A stretch of DNA of 64,000 nucleotides. Source: Albugo candida. Taxonomy: Eukaryota. The notes under the pieces were generated by a model that was not told the DNA's origin, did no database searches, and worked only from the letters and a program-made list of their open reading frames with translations. The stretch covers positions 124,001-188,000 of the forward strand of contig JBDOQK010000003.1 in NCBI GenBank assembly GCA_040437565.1. The letters are read 5' to 3'. Made by a program: the position numbers and the translations under genes. Position 1 is the stretch's first letter. Each line of letters opens with the position of its first letter. Positions 40,662-52,543 of this stretch are shown here, in pieces.

Positions 40662-40949
40662 ATGGGGAAGAAAGATAAAGTAGCGCGAAAGTCGGAGGAG
40701 ATTGCACAGAAACAGAATGCTTCACTTTATACACGCGTGATATCAATTGGGATTACATCTTTTCTGGCCGAGAGAATATGGCGATATCGCTCTCTTATCA
40801 CTCAGCATTGGTATACAGAGACGCAAACAAGCTTGGAGCAATCTATGATCGTTCTATTTGAATACATAATACTTATGGGTCTATTATTTTTTACAGGAGC
40901 CGCCATCGGTAAACTAGTTGTTGCGTTTGAATCGATTTGCAGTAAATAG
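40662..40949 (+). CDS. Small hypothetical membrane protein (95 aa)
   Basis: ATG-initiated ORF with a basic N-terminus and hydrophobic segments, filling the space between neighbouring genes. Confidence 0.5.
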   Translation: MGKKDKVARKSEEIAQKQNASLYTRVISIGITSFLAERIWRYRSLITQHWYTETQTSLEQSMIVLFEYIILMGLLFFTGAAIGKLVVAFESICSK

Positions 40950-41037
40950 CATAAAATCTAGTTGAATGTTGTACGAAAGTCGCTACTAACAAGTCATTAC
41001 CGGTAAATTAATCACTGAGTGGTCAACGAAAGACAGA

Positions 41038-41301
41038 ATGAAGGTTCGGTCTGCTATCAAACGAATGTGCGATCACTGCAAGATTGTGCGACGACGTCGT
41101 CGATTATACGTGATCTGCGATCGCAACCCAAAGCATAAGCAGCGACAAGGATACCACACATCCGCTTTCGCAAGCCAGAAACAAGTTGTATCAGGCAGCA
41201 ATTCCTCCTCAATTACAACAAATTGGCTTCATTGGTGCCGTTTTCCAGGTCTTGCAATTTTTCGATCTTTTCGTGAAGCGAAATTAAGCATCTCAGCATA
41301 G
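41038..41301 (+). CDS. rpl36: Mitochondrial ribosomal protein bL36 with C-terminal extension
   Basis: [38 protein letters not shown] is the L36 zinc-ribbon signature. Confidence 0.92.
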   Translation: MKVRSAIKRMCDHCKIVRRRRRLYVICDRNPKHKQRQGYHTSAFASQKQVVSGSNSSSITTNWLHWCRFPGLAIFRSFREAKLSISA

Positions 41302-41535
41302 CTATCCCGAACAAGCTCAAACTTTTTTACGATCTTCGGACGCTTTTGTCGATAATTGGAGCTCATACTTCTACATTAGCTTTAATTCATAATCAAGCTG
41401 TGTTCTTTGCGCTCTCTTTTCTGTCTCATCAAAGACGCATTGTTGGCGATCGCGAGATGGTGTCATAGCTCTGCTGCATACGGTAGAATCAAAGAGTGTT
41501 TTGCCCAATCACAAAGCGTTTCAATCGCCTTTGCG

Positions 41536-43242
41536 ATGATTTTCATTGTTCTACTATTTGTCTCCTCCTGCAGAACCGCTCTTGCGAACGGAGGAGCTCC
41601 GACCTTGGTGTTTCTTCCTGATGAAGATATCGCAGCGCAAAATCCTTTGCTTTCCAGCTTGATTGACTTGCTTGGATTGCAATATTTGATGCTCAATCAG
41701 AGCGAATACAATCATTCTCTATCTTATTGGACAATCAGACCGGAATACATTGGAAAGATACGATTCGTATGGACTGAATTGGATTATATACACGTTAATC
41801 AGTACTTCATTTTATCAAAAACTACCTTTATACAATTAAACCGTATCCCCGGCTTTGATATACTGACAAACGATGACAAATTTACGCAGCACTTGAAGCG
41901 CATGCAACAGCGCTATGGGAGAGCCTTATTTCAATATGTGCCACACTATTTCCTCCTACCGCGCGATTATAAGCAATATACAGTCACACATACACAGATA
42001 AAGAAACTCGTGCAATATGAAGAAAAGCGCACAAGCGATCCACTTGCGTACCAACGCTTCATTGCGCGCACACTTTCTTCGAGTACCTCTGAAGCTACAA
42101 GATATAAATCAGTTCAGATTTTGACTAATCAAAAGGAAGTAAAGCAATTTCTAGCGCAACATGACAAGCAATTGGTAGAAATACGGCAGTACATCGAGCC
42201 TTTCCTTTTAGAAGGCCACAAGTTCAACTTCGGAGTGTATGTTGCAGTTCCATCCATCAACCCGCTTCGAATTTACTCTCATCGCATCCATTTGATCAAA
42301 ATTGCTTCAAAAGAATACCCAAATATGATGCAACCGAATACGACTCCATCTGCGTATACTTTTGACAATTACACTGCGCCATGGGATTTTCCTCCTTTGA
42401 TGAGATACTTTGTCGAATTTCCATCACCAAACTCCGAAGGAAGTGATGCGTGGGAAATCTTGAAGAGATATATGCGTTCTTATGGAATCGATGTCAATCA
42501 TATGGAAGAAGAAATCACAGATGCGATTGTGAAATCGGTTTTATCGGTAAAAACCCGCTGGGAAAAGGAAATACGAAATGTGGCAGGTGAAGCGATACAT
42601 TCCAATCAATTTATACAGTTATTCCAATTTGACTTTGAGATCGATGATATTGGTCGCCCGTGGCTGATTCAAGTGCATTCGAATCCAACGCTCAAGCCTG
42701 TAGAGTCGATACTCAGCACGGACGAAGCGCTGAGGAAGAATGTACTGCTCGACTTTTTGAAGTTGGCCAACGTTGCTGTCCATCCTGACAGGGTTTATGA
42801 AACGGTCAAAAGGATTGATGAACGGTATTGCTCGGTACTGTGCGGAGAAAAGCGTTTGTGGGATCGAAATTGCTGGTTCTGTCCCGATGTCCACAATCAA
42901 AGCCATACTCTGTATGAATTCTCTCAAGAATATACGAGACGTGGGAGATTCGATTTGATATTCCCATCGTTGAAAAAGGAATACGACTGGATTGAGGGTG
43001 CAATCTCCAATGATTTGACTCGGCAGGATTTACTATCACTATTCAATACGTCGATGGACTTTACAACCAGATTTGAAGGGAGCTTGAGCAGCACATTTTG
43101 CACGTATCGAGCGCATTGCAGTGATCATGGTGATTGCGTGAACGGTGTATGCGTTTGCGATGAGGAGTATGAAGGTCGCACGTGCTACATACTTAGAGAT
43201 ATCGGGCTGGAGAGGATGCGAAAACCCGAGAAAAGCTTCTAG
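41536..43242 (+). CDS. Tubulin-tyrosine-ligase-like ATP-grasp protein with signal peptide and C-terminal EGF-like domain
   Basis: First in-frame ATG at 41536 (MIFIVLLFVSSCRTALA); QYIEPFLLEGHKFNFGVYV..NPLRIY; FQFDFEIDDIGRPWLIQVHSNP; CSDHGDCVNGVCVCDEEYEGRTC. Confidence 0.8.
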   Translation: MIFIVLLFVSSCRTALANGGAPTLVFLPDEDIAAQNPLLSSLIDLLGLQYLMLNQSEYNHSLSYWTIRPEYIGKIRFVWTELDYIHVNQYFILSKTTFIQLNRIPGFDILTNDDKFTQHLKRMQQRYGRALFQYVPHYFLLPRDYKQYTVTHTQIKKLVQYEEKRTSDPLAYQRFIARTLSSSTSEATRYKSVQILTNQKEVKQFLAQHDKQLVEIRQYIEPFLLEGHKFNFGVYVAVPSINPLRIYSHRIHLIKIASKEYPNMMQPNTTPSAYTFDNYTAPWDFPPLMRYFVEFPSPNSEGSDAWEILKRYMRSYGIDVNHMEEEITDAIVKSVLSVKTRWEKEIRNVAGEAIHSNQFIQLFQFDFEIDDIGRPWLIQVHSNPTLKPVESILSTDEALRKNVLLDFLKLANVAVHPDRVYETVKRIDERYCSVLCGEKRLWDRNCWFCPDVHNQSHTLYEFSQEYTRRGRFDLIFPSLKKEYDWIEGAISNDLTRQDLLSLFNTSMDFTTRFEGSLSSTFCTYRAHCSDHGDCVNGVCVCDEEYEGRTCYILRDIGLERMRKPEKSF

Positions 43243-43352
43243 ATACAGCAAACACTTCACGACGGGAGGTTAGGCGGTTGGAGGTTTTGGCAGTTAGTTC
43301 ACTCCGATGTCCCATATCGTATCCAACGATCCGAATTCAGTCAATAGCAATT

Positions 43353-44666
43353 ATGATGAGCATGATGTCTAAGGGCGGTGATATTGAACGCAAACAAGTG
43401 TCTTCCGCGAATCAAAAAGAAAAACAATTTATGAAGGCGATCGTATGGAAAGGCCCACACAAAGTTGCCTGTGAAACACGAACAAAGCCTCACATTTTGG
43501 ACTCAGAGGATGTGATTGTCAAAGTGACTTATTGCTCTGTTTGTTCTGGGTCAGATTCTCATTTATACTCTGGAGAGATTCCCACGATGGAAGATGGAAT
43601 GATACTCGGTCATGAAGCCTGCGGAATCGTTCGGGCAGTTGGTGATGATGTAGCAAAGCTACAAGTGGGCGATCACGTGGTCATCAGCTTTTCTATTGCA
43701 TGCGGTAAATGCGAGTTTTGCAAACGAGAAGAGTTCAGTGGCTGTGACGAGACCAATACTTCGCCGCAGTTTAGGGAACTTTATGGTGGACGTCCAGCTG
43801 GAGCGATTTTCGGATATTCCAAACTGGTTGGTAACATCGATGGCTCACAAGCAGAATACGTACGGGTTCCTTACGGAGACGTGAACTGCTACAAAATCCC
43901 TTCATCCGTTCCCGAAGAAAGTGCGCTTTTTGTATCGGATGTGCTATCAACGTCGCTGCATGCAACCGAAATGGCAGAAGTTGGCAAAGGCGATAATATC
44001 TTGATTTTCGGTCTGGGTCCGATCGGTCTTTATTGTGCTGCTTGGGCTCGTCACAAAGGCGCAAGAAGGATCATTGGAATTGACAACGTTCCGGAGCGGC
44101 TCACACTCGCTAGTAAGAAATTTGGCGTGGAAGCTTTCGATCGTCAGCTCTTTTCATCTCAAGAATTACTTAAACGACTCCGTGGAACTGTTCCGCTTGG
44201 TGGAATGGATGCTGTCATCGATGCTACGGGATTTCGATACTCGGAAACATGGCAACATCGTCTACAGCGAGTTGCTGGTAAAGTACCAAGCACAACCGAA
44301 ATGCTAACAGAGTGCATGCAACTCGTTCGTAAATTTGGACGTGTGGCTCTTATCGCAGATTACCTCGGGCGTGTGAATCACTTTCCACTCGGCCACGTCT
44401 TTCAAAAGAATTTGATCATTCGATCGGGTCAATGTCCCGTGCAAAAGTACTTTGGCCAAGTGATGGATGCACTGGAGAAGGGCGTCATCGATCCGACATT
44501 AATGGTGACACATCGAATTCGACTGGATCAAGTTCCTCAAGCGTATGACAGACTTTTCCGCAAGGAGCAAGGCTACATCAAGGTTCTGATTGAGGTATCC
44601 GATCCACAAAGTGTTTCAGAAGAACAAGAGGTCGCAGGATTGCGACCTAAACAGCCCGTTCCATGA
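43353..44666 (+). CDS. Zinc-dependent alcohol/formaldehyde dehydrogenase-like protein (MDR family)
   Basis: CSGSDSH, GHE, CGKCEFC..C and GLGPIG motifs; start placed at first ATG. Confidence 0.9.
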   Translation: MMSMMSKGGDIERKQVSSANQKEKQFMKAIVWKGPHKVACETRTKPHILDSEDVIVKVTYCSVCSGSDSHLYSGEIPTMEDGMILGHEACGIVRAVGDDVAKLQVGDHVVISFSIACGKCEFCKREEFSGCDETNTSPQFRELYGGRPAGAIFGYSKLVGNIDGSQAEYVRVPYGDVNCYKIPSSVPEESALFVSDVLSTSLHATEMAEVGKGDNILIFGLGPIGLYCAAWARHKGARRIIGIDNVPERLTLASKKFGVEAFDRQLFSSQELLKRLRGTVPLGGMDAVIDATGFRYSETWQHRLQRVAGKVPSTTEMLTECMQLVRKFGRVALIADYLGRVNHFPLGHVFQKNLIIRSGQCPVQKYFGQVMDALEKGVIDPTLMVTHRIRLDQVPQAYDRLFRKEQGYIKVLIEVSDPQSVSEEQEVAGLRPKQPVP

Positions 44667-44684
44667 GTAAGAATTTCTATTGCG

Positions 44685-46370
44685 TTAATGAACAAATTGT
44701 CGCTTGTCGTCAGGTTTTCGCTTCCCATACGGATTATCGGCACTAAACGGGTGTCCTGAGCGCTGATTCTTCCGCGAGCCTTTTTCATAGAACGGAGTCT
44801 TCCGTTTGGCCAAATTTCCGCTTGTTTTCACCGGCAGAGTCACTTTTGGAGGTATTTCTAAACCGAACGATTTCGCAAGCGCTTGAAGATCCAATTGAGA
44901 CACATCGAATATATGTTTGAGAGAATGAGACGCATACGCAAGCAGGTACCCACGATACGCGTCTTTGGCGGATTTGTGCAGGTAATATGTCTTCTCTATC
45001 AGCTTCATGAGTTGTGACTGAACATTCGCGAGCTTTTTGACTGGAAATTCGTACTCATTCAAAGTGACTTTAGACGCACGGAGATACTTGAGAAATCCCA
45101 ATTCATCCGGTAATAACAGAAGTAGAGCTTTCCCGCTTCCATGGGCACCACGCGCTGTTCGACCGACTCGATGAATGTACTCTTTGGGATCATCAGGTGG
45201 ATCAAATTGTATGATCCAATCGACCGCTGGAATGTCTAGACCACGCGCTGCTACATCGGTACAGAGGAGAATTCCCGTTTTCGCATTGCAAAATTGGAAG
45301 AATGTGGTCGTCCGCTTTGTTTGCTTTTGTTTCCCGTGGATGTCCATTACAGGTATATCGATGTAATTAAGCAATTCTCCGTAGAATTTGACAGTAGCGC
45401 AAGCGGAGAAGAACACCATCACTTTTTTGGACAGATTCTTCTTCAAAAATGTGAATAGCAGCAAAAAGCGTTTGTCACTCGGAGTTACAACGTAGCCCTG
45501 TTCCAAAGTGGAGACAGTTGCATTGACTTCATCTTCGACACCGACGTAAATTGGCTTTTCGCGGATGGAAAGTCGAGCGAGATCTTGGACTTTTTTGGTT
45601 TGTGTGGCGCTAAAAAGCATTGTTTGACGCTCTTTTGGAATACATTTAATGATTTGTCGCATTTCTTCTTCGAAACCAATCGATAAAATTCGATCGGCTT
45701 CATCGATAACGAGAATTTGGAGATTGTGTACGAGAAATCCTTTTGTGTTTTGCAAATGATCGAGTAATCTTCCCGGAGTGGAGACGAGAATGTTGACTCC
45801 TTTACTGAGACGTTCAGCTTCTGCTCCTCGATTTGCTCCACCCATTATAATTCCATGCGTTTGTGAGTGATAGCGACATAAGTCACGTACGACACCGTAA
45901 ATCTGTAGCGCTAACTCTCTTGTCGGAGAAATTATAATGCATCCTGTTCCTCTTCGTGGATTGAAATTCACTTTGTGTAGCAATTCGATCGTTGGGATAA
46001 GAAATGAGAGCGTTTTCCCGGAACCTGTTTTAGCTGCCGCAATGAGATCGTGACCAGAAAGCAATGGAGCGATAGATTTTGCCTGAATTTTTGTCATTTT
46101 ATCGAATCCCATCTCCGATAGTGCGCGTTGTGTCGGTTCTGATAGCGGGAGAGAACGGAAGAATTCGTTGGAAAAGTATCGCTCGCCATCTCCGACGTTA
46201 CTTTCTTGTTGTTCCGCTGCTGCTTCGGTCGTTTTTATCGGTGCGCTGTTTTCTTGACTTTCTTCCTTTGCTGTGGTGGAAGTTGATTCGTGGGTTTCAT
46301 ATTCAACGCGTGCTTCGCTGTCGGTGGAAGCAGACGTATTGGTTTTATTTTTCTTGCGATTTTTTCCCAT
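44685..46370 (-). CDS. HAS1: DEAD-box RNA helicase HAS1/DDX18
   Basis: [21 protein letters not shown] and HRVGRTARG motifs, with the DDX18-type C-terminus AYASHSLK. Confidence 0.96.
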   Translation of the reverse strand: MGKNRKKNKTNTSASTDSEARVEYETHESTSTTAKEESQENSAPIKTTEAAAEQQESNVGDGERYFSNEFFRSLPLSEPTQRALSEMGFDKMTKIQAKSIAPLLSGHDLIAAAKTGSGKTLSFLIPTIELLHKVNFNPRRGTGCIIISPTRELALQIYGVVRDLCRYHSQTHGIIMGGANRGAEAERLSKGVNILVSTPGRLLDHLQNTKGFLVHNLQILVIDEADRILSIGFEEEMRQIIKCIPKERQTMLFSATQTKKVQDLARLSIREKPIYVGVEDEVNATVSTLEQGYVVTPSDKRFLLLFTFLKKNLSKKVMVFFSACATVKFYGELLNYIDIPVMDIHGKQKQTKRTTTFFQFCNAKTGILLCTDVAARGLDIPAVDWIIQFDPPDDPKEYIHRVGRTARGAHGSGKALLLLLPDELGFLKYLRASKVTLNEYEFPVKKLANVQSQLMKLIEKTYYLHKSAKDAYRGYLLAYASHSLKHIFDVSQLDLQALAKSFGLEIPPKVTLPVKTSGNLAKRKTPFYEKGSRKNQRSGHPFSADNPYGKRKPDDKRQFVH

Positions 46371-46482
46371 TTTTGTTGCTTAATGCTTTTGCGATAGTCT
46401 CATAAGAAGAAATTGGCTGGCTGACAGAGATGAGGTGTATACACTATATTGGGTGACGAACATAAGAATCGGTTCACGTCCA

Positions 46483-48047
46483 ATGCAACAAATGATGCGA
46501 TTATGTCGCCGTTCGATTCCGTTGCACCGGAGCTCGCAGACGGTTTTCATAAGCGAGAGTCAGAAAGTCCTTAAAAAAAGTAGGCTCTACTTCTTTCAAA
46601 TCGATCAAAAGTATCTTTCCAATGTGTCAAAAGAATCTTCACAATCGATCGGCGAACAAAACGATGAAAAAAGTGAATATGAAAGCACAAAGAGCAATAA
46701 AGAGGTTCTCTCACGCGCTTTTCGTATTATTGTCAACTTTATTGGGATTCACAATTCTTTTCTTTAGGCATCTGATCAGAAAGTGAGCGATGGATACGAA
46801 AGCGTTGGCACATTTGCCAAAACATTTTTCACAGCAGCGAAGAGCTATAAAGATTCCATACTTCGAAATACTATCAATTCCAAAACGTTTCAGGAGGAAT
46901 GGAAGGAAGCCGTCAAAGAAGTATTTGGTGCGAAAGAGAAACGATCCATTGATGAAGCTCTCTCGTCGACCAAACGACAGTCATATAGCTCCCCAACAAA
47001 ATCCAGCCAAGAAGAAGAAGAGTATACTGGAACGAGTGCTCTAGTGGTTGTCAAGGAGCAAGACTCAGCGTGGCAGAAAATCAGCGCTCGATTTCGGGAA
47101 GCTCCGATCATCCAAAGCATTCTAGCTGCAGCAAAGAAAGCAGCACGGACCGAAGCAGGTAGGAATGTCGGGACGAAAGCCAAGAAAGCAAAAGAAAAAT
47201 TGGATGATGCTCGTGAGGAGGTACTTGAATTCTGGGAAACCAGTCAAAATCCGTACGTATCTCTATTCCAATTTCCTTTGTTTATAATAATGCTCGATTT
47301 TTGTGTCAGGTGGATTTACCGTCTCTCATCTCTGTACGATGGATTCTTTGGAGAAACGTCAATGGGAATCGCCATCAGGTTTGTGCCATCACCGAGCTGA
47401 TTTGAATCGCTAAACATTGTGATTGATAGAGAAATTCGACGTGCTGAACCCGACTTCATCTTGGAGCAATGGAAAGAGGTGAGATAGTGCGAGTTTCCTC
47501 ATTACCAACCTCGCTCAATATCTCACATTGGGTCGTCAGGACATTGCAGAATTTGTTTTGCCTGGTGTACTGGACGCTTTCCTCAAAGGACAGAGTCGCA
47601 ATTTGAAGAAATGGTTTGGTGAAGCCGCATACAATCGTGTCAATATCGCAATAAGAGAACGCAAATCGGAAGGTAGTTCGATAGCATGTACAATCATTCA
47701 CGACTCAAATCGTTTGTAGGGCTCGTAATGGATCCAAACGTCTTAGAGATTGACAATGTAGATGTGATTGAAGCTTCGGTACGTTCATCTAGTGTTCGTG
47801 AATGGAAGCACTCAGAATGATGGAGTAGGCTGAAGACAAGCAAGCGCCAATCATTCTTGTACGCTTTCGCTCACAGCAAATTAACTGCATACGCAACCGC
47901 GAAGGAGAGATCGTAGAAGGAACGGAGGATGAGGTTTTGGCGTATTACTACATTTTTGCTTTCCAGCGTCAATATGACGAAAGCACAGAAAGATTGCGAT
48001 GGCGAATTGTTGATGTTCATATGCAACGCGGAGGAAAGTATTATTAA
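46483..48047 (+). CDS. TIM44: Mitochondrial import translocase subunit TIM44, multi-exon
   Basis: Arg-rich presequence; EFWETSQNP, EIRRAEPDFILEQW, KWFGEAAYN and QQINCIRNREGEIVEG..WRIVD in exons separated by short introns. Confidence 0.88.
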
Positions 48048-48211
48048 ATAAATTAGAGTTCGTTTAGCTTGAGCCGGATAATACACGACAGTATACATAT
48101 AGACATTCCACATCCTTACTATACCCAATGTGGCGGGGCCCGGATACTCGAATGTATACATGATCATCATTCGTTCATCGGCAACTTCAACTTCAACTTC
48201 AACGTTTAGTT

Positions 48212-48225
48212 TCATTTTAGAATTC
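48212..48225 (+). promoter_or_regulatory. Oomycete-type initiator/FPR core promoter-like motif before DMC1
   Basis: TCATTTTAGAATTC fits TCATTYBNNNWTTY and lies immediately 5' of ATG 48226; short motif, could be chance. Confidence 0.35.
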
Positions 48226-50200
48226 ATGGCGGGAACGAGAGCGTACGTCTTCTTGGAATAAGGATCAGTAGGCTGATAGTGCTGTTGGAAAGAGAACGGC
48301 AGAGTCGAATCCATTCGGCAGCGAGTCAGGCCGCTGTTGCTGCTATTGTTGAAGATACTGACGGAGAGGAAGAAGAGGAAGAAGAACTTCGAAGCTTTGC
48401 GCCGATTGATCTACTCCAAGATGCTGGAATCAACGCTGCTGATATCGCAAAGCTGAAGGAGGATGGATTCGCGACGATCGGACAATTGTTCCAAGTGTGT
48501 CATCGGCGATTATTAACGGTAAAAGGTATCAGTGAAGCGAAATTGGAAAAGGTAAATCGGTAATTAACTATATTCTGGCGCTGAATGAGATCCTTCTTAG
48601 CTGCTTCAAGCTGGAAGAAAGGTGGAGAAGGAAATGTACAGACTAACTGTTTTGTCTAAAGTATCGCATTCAGATGGCACCAGAACGGAGCGGTTTTGTG
48701 TCCGCCAATATGTTATATATGAAAAATAAACAGAAGACATACATCACAACAGGATCCAAACGTGCGATAGCGATGATGATGCCTCATTTTGTATACGACG
48801 ATTTATCGCGATCTTCTTTTAGAGTTGGATCAGATTCTTGGTGGGGGACTCGAGACATTATCCGTCACAGAGGTGCATCAAACAGAGACGACATCATGCG
48901 AGGCTGAATCTTTCTCTGTCGACAGGTCCATGGAGAATTTAGAACAGGAAAAACTCAATTATGTCATACGGTGATAGAGTGAATCTTACCTTGTCGAAGA
49001 AGAATGTAAACGATATCACGTGTAGCTTTGTGTCACGACCCAGCTTCCAAAAGCACAAGGTGGAGGAGCAGGTGAGATGTTCTGAGTTGCCAAATTGTAT
49101 CTAAGTAGAGCACTACAGGAAAAGTAGCATATGTGGACACGGAAGGAACATTTCGAGCGGTATTTTATCATTCCCTTGTAAAGTATGATCGATCAACAAG
49201 TGGGATTCGATTTCAATCGGTAGATTCGGGTAGCAGAAATAGCTTCAAGCCGCTACAATCTGGTTGAAACAGAAAACATACAAAGTCACATATACCATTG
49301 CTGATGAAGCGATTTGCATAGGATCCATCAGACGTGCTTGAAAACATCATAGTTGCAAGGTTCAGGATCGAGTTGTGGATGGGAAAAATTCCTAAAAGCT
49401 TGATCGCTGATGCAGGGTGTACAATCACGGTTTGCAGATGGAGACGGTGCACAAAATTGGTGCATTGTTTGCGGTATCCATGACGTTCATCTCATTCAAT
49501 CATCGATTCTCAATTATCAAGTGTAGGATCCTGATCAGGGACCGTTCAAACTGCTGATAGTTGACTCTGTCACGGCCTTATTTCGAGTTGACTTTTCCGG
49601 ACGGTAGGAATTCTGCCAATGATGAAATTGACAGCGAATTCCAATAATTTGAAATTGGATGGCCTCAGGGGAGAACTCAGTGAACGACAACAGCGGCTAA
49701 ATCAACATTTGATCCAACTGATAAAGCTGGCTGAGGTTACATTATCAATATGGTTCTTGCTTCGAGATTGACCAACTTGTCATATACAATCCAGGAATTT
49801 AATATTGCAGTACTGGTTGTGAATCAAGTCATGGCAGATCCTGGCGCTAATGCAATGTTTGGTCCCGTGATCCGGCCCATCGGTCAGCAATAATGAACAC
49901 TACCATTTCCTTTATATACTGAAATTGTACAGGTGGTCATGTTATGTCGCATGCTGTGCATACACGCATATTTGTAAGACTTGTAGCATGAGGCAGGTCT
50001 AATTACAGGCTGACACAATAAGATATAGATGAAGAAAGGACGAGGAGAGACACGAATTTGGTACTATTAATATCATGCTGATATCAAGCAGCGGTGAAAC
50101 TCATTGTTCCTACAGCAAGATCATCGACAGCCCTTGCATGCCAGAAGCGGAATGTTTGATTCAGCTTTGTGCCGGCGGTGTCGCAGATGCAGACGAATAG
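48226..50200 (+). CDS. DMC1: Meiotic recombinase DMC1, intron-rich
   Basis: GINAADIAKLK, KGISEAK, GEFRTGKTQLCHT and YVDTEGTFR, plus the DMC1-type FRVDFSGRGELSERQQ; stop TAG ends at 50200; first exon uncertain. Confidence 0.9.
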
Positions 50201-50551
50201 AGAATGCTAGCTCACACACGTAGATCCATCAAGGATGAGTTTAACACACTCTACAACTTGGAAATATATTTTCCGTTTGGCACATGATCGCAGTAGTCTA
50301 TCACTCTCTCCTACCAAAACGCATGTCGATGGAAGTTGATGGTGGTACAGGGAACTAAAGGAGCAATTTGGCACGATATCCGCTACTAGAAACAAAAGTA
50401 AAGGGAGCAACTTGGCGAACATCGATTATTGGGAAAATTCTTTGACTTCATCGGATCACCATGACGCGAAGTTATTAATTCTTTTTGCAGAACCCTGAGC
50501 AGTACCGCTATCACAAAGTACAGTTGACCTCAAAATGCTACTTCGAATCCA

Positions 50552-52478
50552 TCAAGATGAGCAAGACACACAAATCTCTGGAGTAGAAGGATCTTGAGGT
50601 CGCGCATATCGCAAGTCGCATGGTGAAGGGTCATTGAACGGATTCGATAACAGCTGAAAAATGTGCGCGACTCGTTCATACTCTCTGTTCGTAGCAAAAT
50701 CAATCGCAGCCTGAGCCACATGATTCCTCAAAATAAACGCCGGATTCAGCTCAAGCATCTTCGACTTTCGCACAAGCGCAGCGGGCACATCTGGTACGCC
50801 ATTTCTGTCCTCCTTCAATCGTAAACGATATTGCTCAAGCCACTTTGCCCACAAGTTTCGGTTCCTCTCACAATATTTAGCGGCACCCAAATTGGTCAAT
50901 TTATCCCGTTCTGCCTTTTGCTGCTCGAGATGTGCTATGGATTCATTTGTCAGACCATACATCCGTGCTTGTTGAGGTCTTGTCAGCAAAATATTTTTCA
51001 TCATCGCAATCTGTTCATTCGATATTTGAGAGCACTTGCTCATCGCTTGCTCAAATGTCAAACTGTATGAGCCAATGAGCTCTACAAGCTCCGCAACACT
51101 TGCAGCACGAAATGGATCGACTTGTGCTAAAGCTCGCATGGTACAAGTATAATCGGCGCCAGTATCGGCCAGGACATCAAGCAACCCATCAATTAAGACC
51201 CTTTCACCCGAGCCAACAGAATCCAAAGCATTTTCGATTCCAAGTTTCCTCAGCATCAAAGAGTAATACTCTTTTTCATAGATGGCATCATATTCTTCCA
51301 GTATCGTTCCAAGTCGACTTGTATCGACCACAAGCCCCAATTGATCGGCCAAGACTGAGCAATTGAACTTGCAGATATCTGGCTGTGCTTCAAATCGGTA
51401 TCGTCCAGAGTCATCGGACGTATTACTGATATGCTTGGGATCAAAATGCTCCATGAAACCGAACGGACCGTAATCCAGTGTATCTCCAATTATGCTCATA
51501 TTGTCCGTGTTGAGCACTCCATGGATGAACCCGACTGATTGCCATTTGGCAACGACTTTTGCTGTCTTCTCCATAACGCTGCTGTAAAATGCAATATACT
51601 TTTCCGTGTCGGACGGGTACATTCGGTACACCTCTGGAAAGTATTGCCTTATTGTGAAATTAAGCATGTTTATCATCATTTCTTTCTTGTGTGGTACATA
51701 TGCGCTTGGACCACTACGACCAGTGTACGCATCTCGCTCTTTGAATATCTCGAATGTACCGAATCGAATAAACGTTTTGGCCACTCGCAAAACCACTGCG
51801 CATGGTTCCTCCTTTGCATCTCCGCTGTAAAACATATCCCGTACTACTTTCGACTCGTGCGATACTACAACACTTCCCGCACGTGTTGTGGGAATACCCA
51901 AAGCATGCATATGTTCGCTTGCTAGGAATTCACGTAACGTTGATCGCTACATCGAATGCAAATCAGTGCTACCCGAAAGCAATTGTGACGTACAAGCTTA
52001 CCAATACTTTTCTCCCATCTGCCTGTCGAGAAAAAGGAGTTAGCCCTGCTCCTTTTAACTGCATTTCCCAGCGACTGTCACTCCCTCGAGCTATCGATTC
52101 TCCCAAGTAGATAGCAGCACCATCACCCAATTGCCCAGAGAAATACCCAAATTGATGGCCACAATAACATTGAGCGGCAGTTTCTGAACCCGGGAATAAA
52201 GTGTTTCCCGCGAGGTACGGTGTTAGGGACTTTATCGGTACCATCTCATCCTTTTCGTCTCCTTTAGTTTCAGACACGAGAATACCAACAAGTTTTAGTG
52301 TTTCTGGAGAGCAAATAACCAGTTCTGGATTCTTTATAGGCGATGGCTTCACTTTGGAGAAACAAGCTCCCTCGACTTGACGAATTCCAGCTTTAGAATC
52401 CACATCTACTGCTAGTTCACGAAGAACAACGTTATCAAACACCGGAGCTGCAGTCCGCTTCCAATAACCTCGATACAT
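50552..52478 (-). CDS. SELENOO: Protein adenylyltransferase SelO (YdiU/UPF0061), Cys form, spliced
   Basis: YCGHQFG..QLGDG, QLKGAGLTPFSRQADGR and GFIHGVLNTDNMSI..DYGPFGF; ends CVSCSS; one intron near 51925-52000. Confidence 0.93.
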
Positions 52479-52543
52479 TACAACTGCGCAATAATGTGAT
52501 CTCTTGCGACATTAAAAACATTCAAGCGACATTATACTCCAAT

